From a virus (taxonomy: Duplodnaviria; Caudoviricetes), in IMG/VR virus record IMGVR_UViG_3300032360_000010, positions 1 to 53,239 of that record: 53,239 nt of DNA; one strand, 5' to 3'. The notes below the pieces were generated by a model. That model was not told the origin of the DNA and made no database searches. It saw only the letters and a list, made by a program, of their open reading frames with translations. Each line of letters begins with the position of its first letter. Position 1 is the stretch's first letter. This document shows positions 19,481 through 29,700 of this stretch, one piece after another. The position numbers were made by a program, and so were the translations under genes.

Positions 19481-19951
19481 ATGAAGACATATTATTACGT
19501 TCCTACAGACGAGGAAATAGAGCCGCATGTTGCTGAGGCAACAATGTGGGGCATACCGATTGTTCATGGGATACCGGACAAAATCCTTAAAGAACATCCT
19601 GATATCACTCCGTCTAAGGCTGAGATATTCAAAGTTCCGGAAATAACCGGTGTAGCGCTGGCTGATAGTGAAATCAATGTGGGTAGCCATCAGGCCGTGA
19701 TATGGACGAATGAGTTTTTAGATTTACGAGGAAAGACTACTATTTCTGTTTTTAATGCTCGTAAGAAAGAAATGGCTCACGAAGATTTGATTCCGGTGTG
19801 GTGTGAAAAACATCGGGCACGTTGGGTGTTTCCTATTTTGAATATTGGAAAGTACGAAGTGTCGCTTCTACATGATGGAGAGGAACTAGCAACGGCGTTA
19901 TTTTTTGCGTTCAAACGAAAAGCGGCATTTCAGGACGGAAACAAAAAGTGA
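19481..19951 (+). CDS. Hypothetical protein
   Basis: 156-aa ORF abutting the upstream stop and overlapping the downstream start; no motif recognised. Confidence 0.7.
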   Translation: MKTYYYVPTDEEIEPHVAEATMWGIPIVHGIPDKILKEHPDITPSKAEIFKVPEITGVALADSEINVGSHQAVIWTNEFLDLRGKTTISVFNARKKEMAHEDLIPVWCEKHRARWVFPILNIGKYEVSLLHDGEELATALFFAFKRKAAFQDGNKK

Positions 19952-20730
19952 TGGAAATACTTTTTCCCGGTATTGGATTGTGGCGTGATGCATTTGAGAT
20001 TTCAGATGGGTATGCCGATGTTCTTTGGAAAAATCGGTATGAGATAGAACGCGGGGAATCTTGGGTTGATGATCGGGAAGGACATCGTCACAACTATGAA
20101 ATAACTGGCCCGATTCGTATCAGGAACTTTCCTGAAGATGGATTGGCGGACAGCGAAGATGATAAATATGTTTTCATGCTTCAGGGTGTGATGATGAAAT
20201 GCTTGTTGGAGTACATGAAGGAGTACCCGACCAGTTTTCAGGATATCCAATGGCAGGAGGCACATAGGCTTCTCTATTATTTTCCCGGTGCCAACATGGG
20301 TACTCATTCCGACAACACGCCCGGAGAGCATTTTACCGGTCCTAATCGAACAGGGAAATCGTATAGAGATCTTGTTGCTCCTCAAAGAATTCTATGTGCC
20401 CTCCAATTCATGAGTGATTGGGTACCGGATGACGAACCGGAAGGAGATAGTTTTACCGGAGGGGAAGTTTCGTGGCCGTATGTGGGAGCGACACACGAAC
20501 CTCAAAAGGGGGATGTTCTCATCTATCCGGCAAATTTCATTTATTCTCATAATGTCAGCCCCGTTTTGGCAGGGCACCGAATAGTAAATTTGACTTGCTT
20601 CTGTCAGGGGGATATTCCTGATTTTTCTTCGCATTATGGAATTGAACACCCAATGAATATTTTCCCCGGAAGTAATATGTATTTAGATCTTAATCACGAT
20701 GAAATTAAGTGGGTGAAACATGCCAGTTGA
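19951..20730 (+). CDS. 2OG-Fe(II) oxygenase, prolyl-4-hydroxylase-like
   Basis: HSD...FTGGEV...GDVLIYPANFIYSHNVSPV..GHR, giving HxD...H...R. Confidence 0.88.
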   Translation: MEILFPGIGLWRDAFEISDGYADVLWKNRYEIERGESWVDDREGHRHNYEITGPIRIRNFPEDGLADSEDDKYVFMLQGVMMKCLLEYMKEYPTSFQDIQWQEAHRLLYYFPGANMGTHSDNTPGEHFTGPNRTGKSYRDLVAPQRILCALQFMSDWVPDDEPEGDSFTGGEVSWPYVGATHEPQKGDVLIYPANFIYSHNVSPVLAGHRIVNLTCFCQGDIPDFSSHYGIEHPMNIFPGSNMYLDLNHDEIKWVKHAS

Positions 20731-21307
20731 AAATCCCGCACCGGGTGTACTGATCCATGAAGGGTGGTACTCCGATGCTGACAAATTACTAGATGAAACA
20801 CTAAAGGCCGCAGAGTTGGAGTATTCGGTTACTGCATGGAAGCGATCCATAACAGGCACTCCCGGTAACCATCAGCAAACTGATTACAGAAGCAGCGTGG
20901 AAAGCAGCATCAGTGAGGTTTGGGGATACAACGATAAAGATTTCATACCCCTAGCAGAAGAACTCAAAAAGTTTAGTAGGGAACTCAATGAAAAAGTAAA
21001 CAATTTCAGATCTGTTTATGATCTTCATCTAAGAAAGGATGAAGGTTTTACGGTCATCCGCTATCAAAACAAAGCGGAATACCACTTCCACCATGACCAT
21101 GCGGAACAAAATCAGAGAGCCTTAAGTATGGTGTTTTTCCTTAACGACAACTTCGATGGCGGCGAATTGGAATTTCCCTACTTCGATATAAAGATCACCC
21201 CATCGGCAGGAACGTTAGTCTTGTTTCCTTCCAATTTCCCTTTCGGGCACATCGCCCACCCGGTAGAGGGTGGAACTAAATATTCGCTGGTTACTTGGTA
21301 TTCGTGA
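20720..21307 (+). CDS. 2OG-Fe(II) oxygenase, prolyl-4-hydroxylase-like
   Basis: HHD...FLNDNFDGGELEFP...FPSNFPFGHIAHPVEGGTKYSLVTW. Confidence 0.9.
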   Translation: MPVENPAPGVLIHEGWYSDADKLLDETLKAAELEYSVTAWKRSITGTPGNHQQTDYRSSVESSISEVWGYNDKDFIPLAEELKKFSRELNEKVNNFRSVYDLHLRKDEGFTVIRYQNKAEYHFHHDHAEQNQRALSMVFFLNDNFDGGELEFPYFDIKITPSAGTLVLFPSNFPFGHIAHPVEGGTKYSLVTWYS

Positions 21308-21309
21308 AC

Positions 21310-22788
21310 ATGATTAAAAAAATTGGAATTGTCGGAGGAGGGAATGCAGGACTAATCAGCGCGCTCATTCTACGTTCTGCTTTCCCAGAACATGAGATAG
21401 TGGTTGTCAAGTCTGACATGATCGGAACCATAGGGGTGGGGGAAGGCTCCACGGAACATTGGTTGGGATTTATGAATTTCTGTGGGATAGAACCCGCAGA
21501 AATGATTGTTGCAGCATTGGCTACCCATAAAAAGGGTATTCGTTTTGAAGGATGGACCGATCACACTCCTGACTATTTTCATGTGACTTCTGGATTACCT
21601 GATTTTGTTCCGCGGATGTTTGGTTTCAACGGAGCGTATGCTGGATTTTTGTCTAAAGAATGGTTGTTGACTGAACACACCTGTCATAAAGGATTGTTGG
21701 AAAATAAGGTTCCAGCGGATAATCCTCATAGGAGTGTCAATCAGTTTCATTTTGATACTGAAGAGTTGAATGATTTTCTTAGGATGAAGGTAAGTAATCG
21801 AAATATCAAAATCATAGATGGAGAGGTTCAGAGGGTTGTTGTAAAAGACGATTGGATTGTCAGTGTGGAACTGGATGATCCAACGGCGTCAGCGGATAGG
21901 ACGATCAGGGCAGACTTTTGGATAGATGCCTCTGGTTTCAACAAGGTTTTGATTTCACATCTCTCTAAACAAACGTGGAACTCGTTCGGTGAGTATCTGT
22001 TAACGGATTCCGCGATTGCTTTCCGAACACCTTCGGATGAAAGTGGAGAGTTGAGGCCATACACCCGTGCGAGGGCATTGGATAGTGGTTGGGCGTGGGA
22101 AATCCCGACTCAGGCAGAACGAGGCAATGGATATGTTTACTCTTCTTCATTTTGCACAGAAGAAGAAGCGGTTGCCGAAATGGAAGAATTGTTGGATGTC
22201 CAAATATCGGATCACCGACATTTCCAATTCGATCCGGGGCATTTGGAAGAGCCGTGGGTTGGCAATTGTGTAGCAGTCGGTTTGGCCGGATCTTTTGTAG
22301 AACCATTAGAAGCGACTTCCATTGGGTCTACGATTACTCAGGCAAAGTCTCTAATCGGCTATCTTGCATCTTTTCAAAAGGGCAATGAATGGATTCCGAA
22401 AGAATACAACCGACAGTTCAATGGGATGATGGCCAATATTCTTGACATGATTCGATTGCACTACGTCAGTGATCGAACCGATACTCCGTTTTGGTCTGCC
22501 TTACAGGATATGCCTATTCCGGAAAGTTTGGAACGACTATTGGGCCTTTGGTCGGAACGTCCGCCACAACAGATGGACTTCAGTCATGGAGAATTGGCGA
22601 TGTTTGGTTTACCGCATTTTTATCATGTGGGACAAGGTCAAGGTGTTTTGAACCCTGATTCAGCCTTTAGGGCGATACAGGCGTTTGTTTGGGAAGATTC
22701 GGTTGAGGATGCTATATGGAAAATACGAGAAAACCAATCCGCTCACCCAATCATGGATCATCATGAGGCGCTTGAAAACCTTCAGTAA
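21310..22788 (+). CDS. Flavin-dependent halogenase, tryptophan halogenase (PrnA/RebH) family
   Basis: GGGNAG FAD motif, IGVGEGS, Lys at the PrnA K79-equivalent position (ATHKKGIRF), WAWEIP, FVEPLEATS. Start set at ATG 21310. Confidence 0.9.
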   Translation: MIKKIGIVGGGNAGLISALILRSAFPEHEIVVVKSDMIGTIGVGEGSTEHWLGFMNFCGIEPAEMIVAALATHKKGIRFEGWTDHTPDYFHVTSGLPDFVPRMFGFNGAYAGFLSKEWLLTEHTCHKGLLENKVPADNPHRSVNQFHFDTEELNDFLRMKVSNRNIKIIDGEVQRVVVKDDWIVSVELDDPTASADRTIRADFWIDASGFNKVLISHLSKQTWNSFGEYLLTDSAIAFRTPSDESGELRPYTRARALDSGWAWEIPTQAERGNGYVYSSSFCTEEEAVAEMEELLDVQISDHRHFQFDPGHLEEPWVGNCVAVGLAGSFVEPLEATSIGSTITQAKSLIGYLASFQKGNEWIPKEYNRQFNGMMANILDMIRLHYVSDRTDTPFWSALQDMPIPESLERLLGLWSERPPQQMDFSHGELAMFGLPHFYHVGQGQGVLNPDSAFRAIQAFVWEDSVEDAIWKIRENQSAHPIMDHHEALENLQ

Positions 22789-23509
22789 AATCCGATCGTA
22801 TTTGGATTGGCCGAAGGTCAAAAAGGGAGAGATCCTGATCATCCCTTCTGATAATCGACTGATTGAAAACCCTCCCAAATTGAGCAAGGATGGTTGGCCG
22901 GAATGGTACAGGAGTCCAAAGATAGCGAAACCCGGCACAATAGTTAGTTGTAAGGGTATTCAGGATTATCTATCTATCGGTTTGACGGTTCCCTTGTGGT
23001 GTGACATCGAAGTGTTTCAAATGGGCATGGACGATGTTCGTGGAAGAACTAGTGATCGTGCTTTCGATGTTGATCATTTTGGTGGGAGTATGGCGGAGGG
23101 GTGTCCCATCAGTCGTGGGAGGGCTTTTGATGAGGCGGGGTTTCCGAAGGTTGTTTCACCGTTTCTGTATAAGACAGCACCGGGATACTCCATGCTGGTT
23201 TTGCCCATAGCGTATGAGCCGGATGAGCGTTATCAGGTTTTACCAGCGATAGTTCATACCGACTTTTATCACAACATTAATGTTGTTTTACGGGTGATGA
23301 CTAAGGAAACCTTTGTAATTAAAGCCGGAACACCTATTTATCAGTTGATTCCATTTAAGAGAAGCGACACTATAGGCAAGGTTATTCTTGGTGATGCAGG
23401 GATGTATGAAACTGGGAAGTTTCGCGGTCTTTCTTATGGGGGAATAGGAAAGTTCTCTATGAAGGGTCTTTACCGCAAGCATCAAAGGGATGCTGACGCG
23501 GATCTTTGA
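22763..23509 (+). CDS. DUF6065-like / dUTPase-fold-like phage protein
   Basis: C.GIQDYL..G..VPLWCD...KTAPGYS....P...LPAIVHTD...IKAGTPIYQLIPFKR pattern; start reassigned to ATG 22763, overlapping the halogenase end. Confidence 0.55.
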   Translation: MRRLKTFSKIRSYLDWPKVKKGEILIIPSDNRLIENPPKLSKDGWPEWYRSPKIAKPGTIVSCKGIQDYLSIGLTVPLWCDIEVFQMGMDDVRGRTSDRAFDVDHFGGSMAEGCPISRGRAFDEAGFPKVVSPFLYKTAPGYSMLVLPIAYEPDERYQVLPAIVHTDFYHNINVVLRVMTKETFVIKAGTPIYQLIPFKRSDTIGKVILGDAGMYETGKFRGLSYGGIGKFSMKGLYRKHQRDADADL

Positions 23510-23531
23510 GGCCATGAAGTAGTATCTGCTG

Positions 23532-23795
23532 ATGGAAGACGATAACTCTAACGATCCCGGCAAACAGATTGTTGATGTCGAAGTTGCCGACAAGTTTGGT
23601 GAGGATCTTCCTGTTGTTGTAAAGGATTATGTCGTGATCGCAGAGGTCATGACTGACGAGGGGAACACACTTTTGGTATCTACCAGTCCCCAAAGCACCC
23701 CGTGGGCTATCTACGGGTTGTTGCAGTACGGTGAACGATTTTTTGATGATCAGTTTTACAACCCCAACTTTAACCCAGAGATGAACGATGGATGA
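23532..23795 (+). CDS. Hypothetical acidic protein (likely leaderless)
   Basis: 87-aa ORF; TAGTAT at 23520-23525 lies 6 nt before the ATG. Confidence 0.6.
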   Translation: MEDDNSNDPGKQIVDVEVADKFGEDLPVVVKDYVVIAEVMTDEGNTLLVSTSPQSTPWAIYGLLQYGERFFDDQFYNPNFNPEMNDG

Positions 23796-23869
23796 TGTAG
23801 ACTTTTCTGTGAGGAGATCTGTCAAGGCAGAGGGCAGATTTTCAAAACTATCTTTACTGAGGTAATAGT

Positions 23870-24217
23870 ATGCCCGCTGGTATTTATAATTTTACCTGTG
23901 ATCAGGGCGCTACGTTTGAGCGTGTTATAGAAATTACTAACTACGACGACAGTATCGTTGATCTCAGCGGCAAGACAGGTCGTATGCAGGTTCGCAAAGA
24001 TATTGAATCCGCTTCGGCATTGATCGAACTGACCACTGAGAACAACAGAATGACGTTTGATAGTAATGCTGGAAGCATAACTTTATTGATTTCTGCTGCC
24101 GATACTGCGGCCCTTCAGTTCAGTGGCATCTATGATTTAGAGGTTGTATCTTCGGATGGGACAGTAGATCGTGTTCTACAAGGTATTTTTGATCTTGATG
24201 AGAATGTAACGACATGA
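23870..24217 (+). CDS. Ig-like virion protein (BppU-N/LtfC-like fibre attachment protein)
   Basis: DQGATF...VDLSG.TGRMQVR...ITLLISAADTAAL...YDLEV...RVLQG pattern. Confidence 0.6.
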   Translation: MPAGIYNFTCDQGATFERVIEITNYDDSIVDLSGKTGRMQVRKDIESASALIELTTENNRMTFDSNAGSITLLISAADTAALQFSGIYDLEVVSSDGTVDRVLQGIFDLDENVTT

Positions 24218-24699
24218 GTGACTATACGGTAACTGTTACAGAGGTTGTAAATAATATTACGGCAGAGGAATTGCGTAATGTTGTTACTACGACAGCATCT
24301 GAACCTAATAAAATTTATGTAAAAGTAGTTTCTTCTCTTGCTTCTTCGTCGGGAATCATTCTTACTGGAACTATCGCACCGACTGCCGCAACCGGAACCA
24401 ATGGGAACTGGTACATCTGGCAAATTATTGCAAGCGGGGAGGCTCGTTTGTACGGGCCGAAAACAAGTGGGGCATGGCCTGCAACGTATATTACGTTAAC
24501 TGGGGCTGATCGGCATATCCATACGCAAGGATCGGCAGCGACAACTTGGATAGTTGCACATACATTAGGGGGTCGTCCTTCAGTAACAGTCGTTGATTCT
24601 ACCGGTACGGTGGTAATTGGTGATGTAACATACAACAGTGATACGCAGGTTACCATAACGTTTTCTGCGGCATTTTCAGGGTCGGCTTATTTGACGTAG
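24214..24699 (+). CDS. Virion structural protein (fibre-associated)
   Basis: LYGPKTSGAWP and HTQ...TW...HTLG.RPSVTVVDS motifs; ATGA overlap. Confidence 0.6.
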   Translation: MSDYTVTVTEVVNNITAEELRNVVTTTASEPNKIYVKVVSSLASSSGIILTGTIAPTAATGTNGNWYIWQIIASGEARLYGPKTSGAWPATYITLTGADRHIHTQGSAATTWIVAHTLGGRPSVTVVDSTGTVVIGDVTYNSDTQVTITFSAAFSGSAYLT

Positions 24700-24712
24700 T
24701 TCTGGGGTTAAT

Positions 24713-26263
24713 ATGGCACAAAAGTTTGTTACTAATCTAAATCTTAATCAGAATGAACTTCAAAACGCGAAGTTGCAGTTCTCCGCAGGCGATCCCGGCT
24801 CTGGTGAGTTTGAAGGTTGGACGATCTATGATTCAACCAATAATATTCTAAAGGTTTATAACGGCTCTGCATGGAAGCAGATTTTGACTGAGGTTTCTTC
24901 TGGAACCACAGCGCTCTCTGTTACTTCGGGATCGGCTGGCGCTCCGGCGTTGGCTATTGCCAATGCCAATGGTTCTACTGATGGGCTTATGCCTACAGCG
25001 CATTATACCCTAGTCAACAATGCTACAGAGGCTGATACCGCTTCTACGCTTATGAAGCGTGATGGTAGTAACGCTGTCAACATTACGAAAGTCACAGGTT
25101 TGGCGGCACCAACTAATGCTGCCGATGCGGCAAATAAGGGTTATGTCGATGATCGGGCTGCTGGTCTGGATCCAAAAGAATCAGTTGTGGTAGGAACTAC
25201 GGCTGCGGCAACTCTTGCTAGTGACTTTGAAAATGGTGACACCCTTGACGGGATTACTCTCGCAACTGGGAATCGGGTTCTGATCAAAGATCAGGCTGAC
25301 GCTTCTGAAAATGGTGTTTACACGGTTAATGCTTCTGGCGCTCCGACACGAGCCGCAGACTTTGATACTTCCGCAGAGGCCACGGCTGGTGCTTTCTTCT
25401 TCGTAGAACGAGGTACGGCAAACGCTAACCGTGGCTACGTTCTTCAGGCCAAGGCGGGCGGCGGGTCTTACACAATCGGCACTGACGATCTAGTTTTCTC
25501 ACAATTCTCAGGCGCTGGCCAGATCGACGCTGGTGCCGGTCTCACTAAGAGCGGCGACACTCTCAATGTTGTTGCTGGGGATGGCATTACTGTAAATGCC
25601 AATGATGTCACTCTTGCTACTAGCACTGCTGGTGATGGAATCACATACACAAGTGGTGTTCTTTCGATTTCTACTTCTGCTGCGGGTGACGGTCTTGGAA
25701 TCGCCAGCGGTGTTCTTTCTGTGAACATTGTTGCTGCTGGCGGTCTTGAAACTTCTTCCGACAGTCTTCAGATCAAACTTGATTCGGGTGTGGCTGGTTT
25801 GGCTACTACCGGTAGTGGCTTGGCAATCAAGTCCGATATCGCAGGCTCCGGCATTACTTTTACTGCTGGTGTTCTTACTTCTGATGCTGCCAATTTGGCA
25901 GGAAGCGGTTCAGGCGGAGTTACTGGGACTCTGCCCATTGCTAATGGTGGTACTGGTACCACGACGGCAGCCAATGCCCGAACCAACACCTTTCTGGCCG
26001 TAGGAGACAGTTCTGGCAGTTCGCGGACTACCAGTAACCCTGTCTTGGGTCGGACGGTTGCCCAGAGTGTTGGGAATGCATCGGCCACATCGTTCACGAT
26101 CACCCACGGTTTGGGTAGTCGGGACATCATTGTTCAGGTATATGACAACGCTTCTTACGACACAGTGATTGCTGATGTCGTAAGGACTGATACAGATACT
26201 TGCACGGTGTCGTTTTCAACGGCCCCAGCAAGCAGTGCTTATCGGGTTGTTTGTTCCGGTTAA
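24713..26263 (+). CDS. Tail fibre-like protein
   Basis: DAANKGYVD, RVLIKDQ..ASENGVY module, AGDG repeats, C-terminal THGLGSRDIIVQVYD domain. Confidence 0.7.
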   Translation: MAQKFVTNLNLNQNELQNAKLQFSAGDPGSGEFEGWTIYDSTNNILKVYNGSAWKQILTEVSSGTTALSVTSGSAGAPALAIANANGSTDGLMPTAHYTLVNNATEADTASTLMKRDGSNAVNITKVTGLAAPTNAADAANKGYVDDRAAGLDPKESVVVGTTAAATLASDFENGDTLDGITLATGNRVLIKDQADASENGVYTVNASGAPTRAADFDTSAEATAGAFFFVERGTANANRGYVLQAKAGGGSYTIGTDDLVFSQFSGAGQIDAGAGLTKSGDTLNVVAGDGITVNANDVTLATSTAGDGITYTSGVLSISTSAAGDGLGIASGVLSVNIVAAGGLETSSDSLQIKLDSGVAGLATTGSGLAIKSDIAGSGITFTAGVLTSDAANLAGSGSGGVTGTLPIANGGTGTTTAANARTNTFLAVGDSSGSSRTTSNPVLGRTVAQSVGNASATSFTITHGLGSRDIIVQVYDNASYDTVIADVVRTDTDTCTVSFSTAPASSAYRVVCSG

Positions 26264-26307
26264 AAACTTTAGCCCTGCGGGGTACAGACTAGAAGGCGGT
26301 TGAGGCC

Positions 26308-26742
26308 GTGGCTCAGAAATTCAAAACTGGCATCAGCGTGGAGGAACTGGCCTCCGTTGCCACTCAGGCAATTGGTGTAAAAGTTGATGGAGATTCTGAG
26401 GCACGAGTTAAGATCGACGCTGGTGGAAAGATCACTTGGGGGTCTGGTTCCGCAACTGGGGACGCTGTCCTATACCGCTCTGCGGCAAATCTTTTGAAGA
26501 CAGATGATGCTTTGCAGGCTGTTGCAGGTTTGATCAATCTGACTACCGATGGTACGCCCACAGCGAGTTCTGCTGATGGGACCATCGCTATAGATACAAC
26601 AAATGATCAGTTTTATTACAGATCCAGTGGTGTATGGACGGAAGTTGTTTCGCAATCCACCACAGTCGCAGACGGTGGAACCTCTGCGGCTTGGGTCCGC
26701 TATCACATCAATGCTGATGGCAAAGACTCCGTATCGAACTAG
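26308..26742 (+). CDS. Small virion/fibre-associated protein
   Basis: 144 aa; begins MAQKF like the upstream gene; LYRSAANLLKTDD motif. Confidence 0.55.
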   Translation: MAQKFKTGISVEELASVATQAIGVKVDGDSEARVKIDAGGKITWGSGSATGDAVLYRSAANLLKTDDALQAVAGLINLTTDGTPTASSADGTIAIDTTNDQFYYRSSGVWTEVVSQSTTVADGGTSAAWVRYHINADGKDSVSN

Positions 26743-26751
26743 GGAATAATC

Positions 26752-29700
26752 ATGGCAGCAATCATTCAATTTCGTAGAGACACCGCAGCCAACTGGACTT
26801 CCAATAACCCCACGATGGCTGTCGGGGAAATTGGGTACGAAACCGATAATCAGAATTACAAGATTGGCGATGGGGTTACCGCATGGACTTCTCTTGGTTA
26901 CGGCGGTTTGGGGGACATCCATAAGACCCTGATCGACGCCAAGGGTGATCTCGTTGTCGGCCTAGCAGACAACTCCGCTGGCCGACTTGCTGTAGGGACC
27001 AACGGGCAGATGCTCGTTGCCGACAGCGACGCTGCTGGCGGTATTTCGTGGGCAGCCAATGACACCATTGTCAACTGGCATGAAGCCGTGAAGTTGGCGT
27101 CTGCTGCTGCCATCGCCGCTGCTACCTCCACTTACGACAATGGGACTTCTGGGGTAGGAGCAACCCTGACGCACACTCCTGCTTCTACGCCATCTGGCTA
27201 TGCGCGTCTTCAGATTGATGGCACAAATGTTACTACTGGTGACAGGATTCTTATTCAAGATCAGGTCGATGCTGCTCATAACGGTATTTATGAGGTAACC
27301 GCTCAGGGTGTTGCCGCAACTTCTGCATGGGTGCTGACCCGTGGCGATGACTTTGACGGAACACCGACTGGACAAATTAAACAGGGTGAAGCCGTTTATG
27401 CTTTGTCAGGTTCCAACAACAGCGGTCAGGGCTTTACGGTTACTTCGACCAGTGATCCGCATACGGTTGGAACACACGACATTGACTGGACTCAGTTCAC
27501 TGGTACACAGGCATTCAACGCTGGTACCGGTTTAACTATTACCGGGAACACTGTCAATGCGAATACGGCAAATGCTGCACGCATTGTGGTGAACGCCGAC
27601 GATATAGATCTCGCCACGACCGCTGTTACTGCTGCTTCTTACGGAAGTGTTACCGAAGTAGGAACCTTCACGGTAGATGCCTATGGCCGTTTGACGGCAG
27701 CCGCTGATGCGACAATTGCTATTCCTTCTACTGCCGTAACTGATTTTACCGAAGCGGTACAAGATGTTTCGGGCGCACAACTCGCTACCAATGGATCGCA
27801 TACAGGTATTACCGCCTCCTATGACGATGCGGGTGACGGGGCCATTGATTTGGCCCTCGTCACCGAAAACGTTCAGGATATTGTCGCAGGGCAGTTAGTT
27901 ACGAATGGTTCTCATTCTGGAATCGCTGCGACTTATGACGACGCTGGTGACGGAGCCATTGATCTGAACGTTGATGACTTTACGATCACTTTGGCTGGCG
28001 ATCTGAGCGGTAACACGACCATTACCAACCTTGCTAACGCAACGCTGACTGCAACCATCGTCGCTGATGCGACAGCGCTGGGAACTGACACCACGGGCAA
28101 TTACGTCGCCACAATTGCTGGGACGGCCAATGAGGTTGAGGTTTCCGGATCTGGTTCTGAGACGGCCGCGGTAACTGTCGGATTGCCTAGTGCCGTCACA
28201 GTTACGACTTCTCTTACAACTCCTCTGGTTACGGTTTCTGGTGCGTCCATTGTTATTGAGGGTGCTACCGCTAATGACTTTGAAACCACCCTGACAGTGA
28301 CAGATCCGACGGCGGATCGAACTATTACTTTTGCTGATGCTTCAGGAACTGTAGTGACAACAGGAAACTTGACTGCTACTACAGAATATATTGAGGACAC
28401 CGTTGGTGCCCAACTTGTTACCAACGGTTCACACACTCATCTAACTGCTGCTTATGACGACGCTGGTGACGGTGCTATCGACATTGCGCTGAACACCACG
28501 GCAGTTACGGGTGGCTCTTATGGTAGCGCCACAGCAGTTCCCGGCTACACCGTTGACGCCTACGGACGGTTGACGGCAGCGTCGAACACCACGATCGCTA
28601 TTCCTTCTACAGCCGTCACGGATTTCACTGAGGCTGTTCAGGATGTTTCTGGCGCTCAGTTGGCCACGAATGGTTCCCACACTGGCATTACCGCAACTTA
28701 CGACGATGCTGGTGACGGAGCCGTTGATCTAGCCCTTATTACCGAAAACGTTCAGGACATTGTTGCGGGACAGTTGGTTACCAACGGTTCTCATTCTGGT
28801 ATTGCCGCTACTTATGATGACGCTGGTGATGGTGCGATTGATCTAAATGTTGATGATTTCACAATCACTCTGTCCGGTGACATTGGGGGCAGCGTTACTG
28901 TTACCAATCTCGCTAGCGCGACACTTGCTACAACAATCCAAGCCGATTCGATTGCTCTTGGGACTGACACCACGGGCAACTATCTTGCGACTCTCGCTGG
29001 TACGGCTAACGAGGTAGAAGTTTCTGGCTCTGGCTCAGAAACGGCTGCTGTAACCGTCGGACTGCCCAGTGCCGTAACCGTCACAACCTCCCTCACGACC
29101 CCTCTGGTCAATGTTTCCGGTGCATCTATCGTCATTGAAGGCGCAACGGCTAATGACTTTGAAACCACATTGACGGTTACTGATCCCACAGCAGACCGCA
29201 CGATCACATTGCCGGATGTAACTGGAACTGTCATTACAACTGGAAACTTGAGTGCGTCTACGGAACACATTGAAGACACCGTTGCTGCCCAGTTGGTTAC
29301 CAATGGTTCTCATTCTGGTATCGCAGCAACTTACGACGATGCCGGTGATGGGGCTATCGACCTTAATGTCGCTGATTTCACAATCACCCTGTCTGGCGAT
29401 ATTGGAGGCAGCGTCACTGTTACCGATCTAGCCAGCGCGACACTCGCTACGACAATACAAGCCAATTCGGTTGCCTTGGGTACAGATTCGACAGGCAATT
29501 ACGTTGCCACGGTCGCAGGAACCGCTAATGAGGTAGATGTAAGTGGATCAGGTTCAGAAACCGCAGCAGTAACAATTGGATTGCCCTCCGCTGTAACGGT
29601 CACGACCTCTCTTACAACTCCGCTGGTCAACGTTTCTGGTGCGTCCATCGTCATTGAGGGCGCAACGGCAAATGATTTTGAAACCACCCTTACGGTTACT

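Noticed and set aside
26752-26910. Diversity-generating retroelement suggested by the Mtd-like N-terminus
   Set aside because: No reverse transcriptase, no adenine-variant TR/VR pair noticed and no C-type lectin C-terminus in the window; Mtd-N is a generic fibre attachment domain.
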